Assembly: GCA_965240325.2 (NCBI GenBank)
Contig: OZ251222.1
Coordinates: 1,860,001 to 1,924,000 of the forward strand
DNA: 64,000 nt
Origin: Rebecca billardiae RCC1528
Lineage: Eukaryota > Protista > Haptophyta
Direction of reading: 5' to 3'
Shown: in pieces, positions 63,677-64,000 of the stretch
How positions within the stretch are numbered: position 1 is the stretch's first letter
How the letters are laid out: the number at the start of each line of letters is the position of its first letter
Position numbers and translations under genes: made by a program
The notes under the pieces: generated by a model
Seen by the model: the letters and a program-made list of their open reading frames with translations, nothing else
Told to the model about the DNA's origin: nothing
The model's database searches: none

Positions 63677-64000
63677 ATGGCGCGCTCCCTGGCCTCGCCG
63701 CTGGTTGGGGCCAATCGCAAGCCCAGGCCTCCTGGCCGCCTCGACGCGCGCTGGATCGCCGCTGCCGTGCTGTGCGCGTGCGCGATTATCGCGCGCTGCT
63801 GGCGGACCCGCGGCACGTGCTCACGCGCGTGTGGCCCGGCGGATGTGGCCGCTGTGGCCACGACGCGTGACCTGGCGGCCGAGGTGGAGAGTGCAGGTGG
63901 CACGCTCGCAGCCCTGCGCGAGCCCGCTATCACAGCGTCGCGCGTGTGGTACCTCGACGCCGGCTGGGTCGCTCGCAGCCCCGCCGGTGTCGTCATCAAT
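63677..64000 (+). CDS. 5' part of a hypothetical type II membrane protein (runs off window)
   Basis: ATG at 63677 opens a frame to the window end (MARSLASPLVG..WIAAAVLCACAII..VWYLDAGW). It diverges from Tic22, matching the other head-to-head pairs here. Confidence 0.5.
   Translation, partial: MARSLASPLVGANRKPRPPGRLDARWIAAAVLCACAIIARCWRTRGTCSRACGPADVAAVATTRDLAAEVESAGGTLAALREPAITASRVWYLDAGWVARSPAGVVIN

Overview
GC-rich eukaryotic nuclear DNA with about 20 protein-coding genes. Several genes have short GC-rich spliceosomal introns, mostly GTGCGC...CAG. Four proteins (GUN4, Tic22, a bestrophin and DUF2061) carry signal-peptide-like leaders. This suggests an alga with a secondary plastid, plausibly a haptophyte of the Pavlovales type (inference). 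Recognisable genes are a SNF1/MARK-type kinase, an EsV-1-7 Cys-rich repeat protein, PhoD, a Tyr-phosphatase-family protein, an NHL-repeat protein, an EGF-exostosin GT47, DUF2061, an LpqC-like esterase, a 2254-aa Ala-rich orphan, an F-box-like/ankyrin protein, RAD51C, an ankyrin protein, a bestrophin, a ShK+EPTP protein, a UBL-WLM protease, a TLC protein, the PKA catalytic subunit, site-1 protease, GUN4, a cyclin, a 2OG-Fe(II) oxygenase, a WWE protein and Tic22. Six or seven gene pairs sit head-to-head with only about 50-320 bp between start codons. The most interesting structure is non-coding. At 15.2-19.4 kb there is a tRNA-derived SINE-like element with a (CT)n tail and two tandem ~1.6 kb non-autonomous Helentron/DINE-like elements docked on a second repeat. 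At 22.4-24.1 kb there is a 1.72 kb TIR element with an unusual 7-bp TSD. Repeat copies differ largely by short duplicative insertions. I found no CRISPR array, rRNA or autonomous transposase, and no clearly new multi-gene system.
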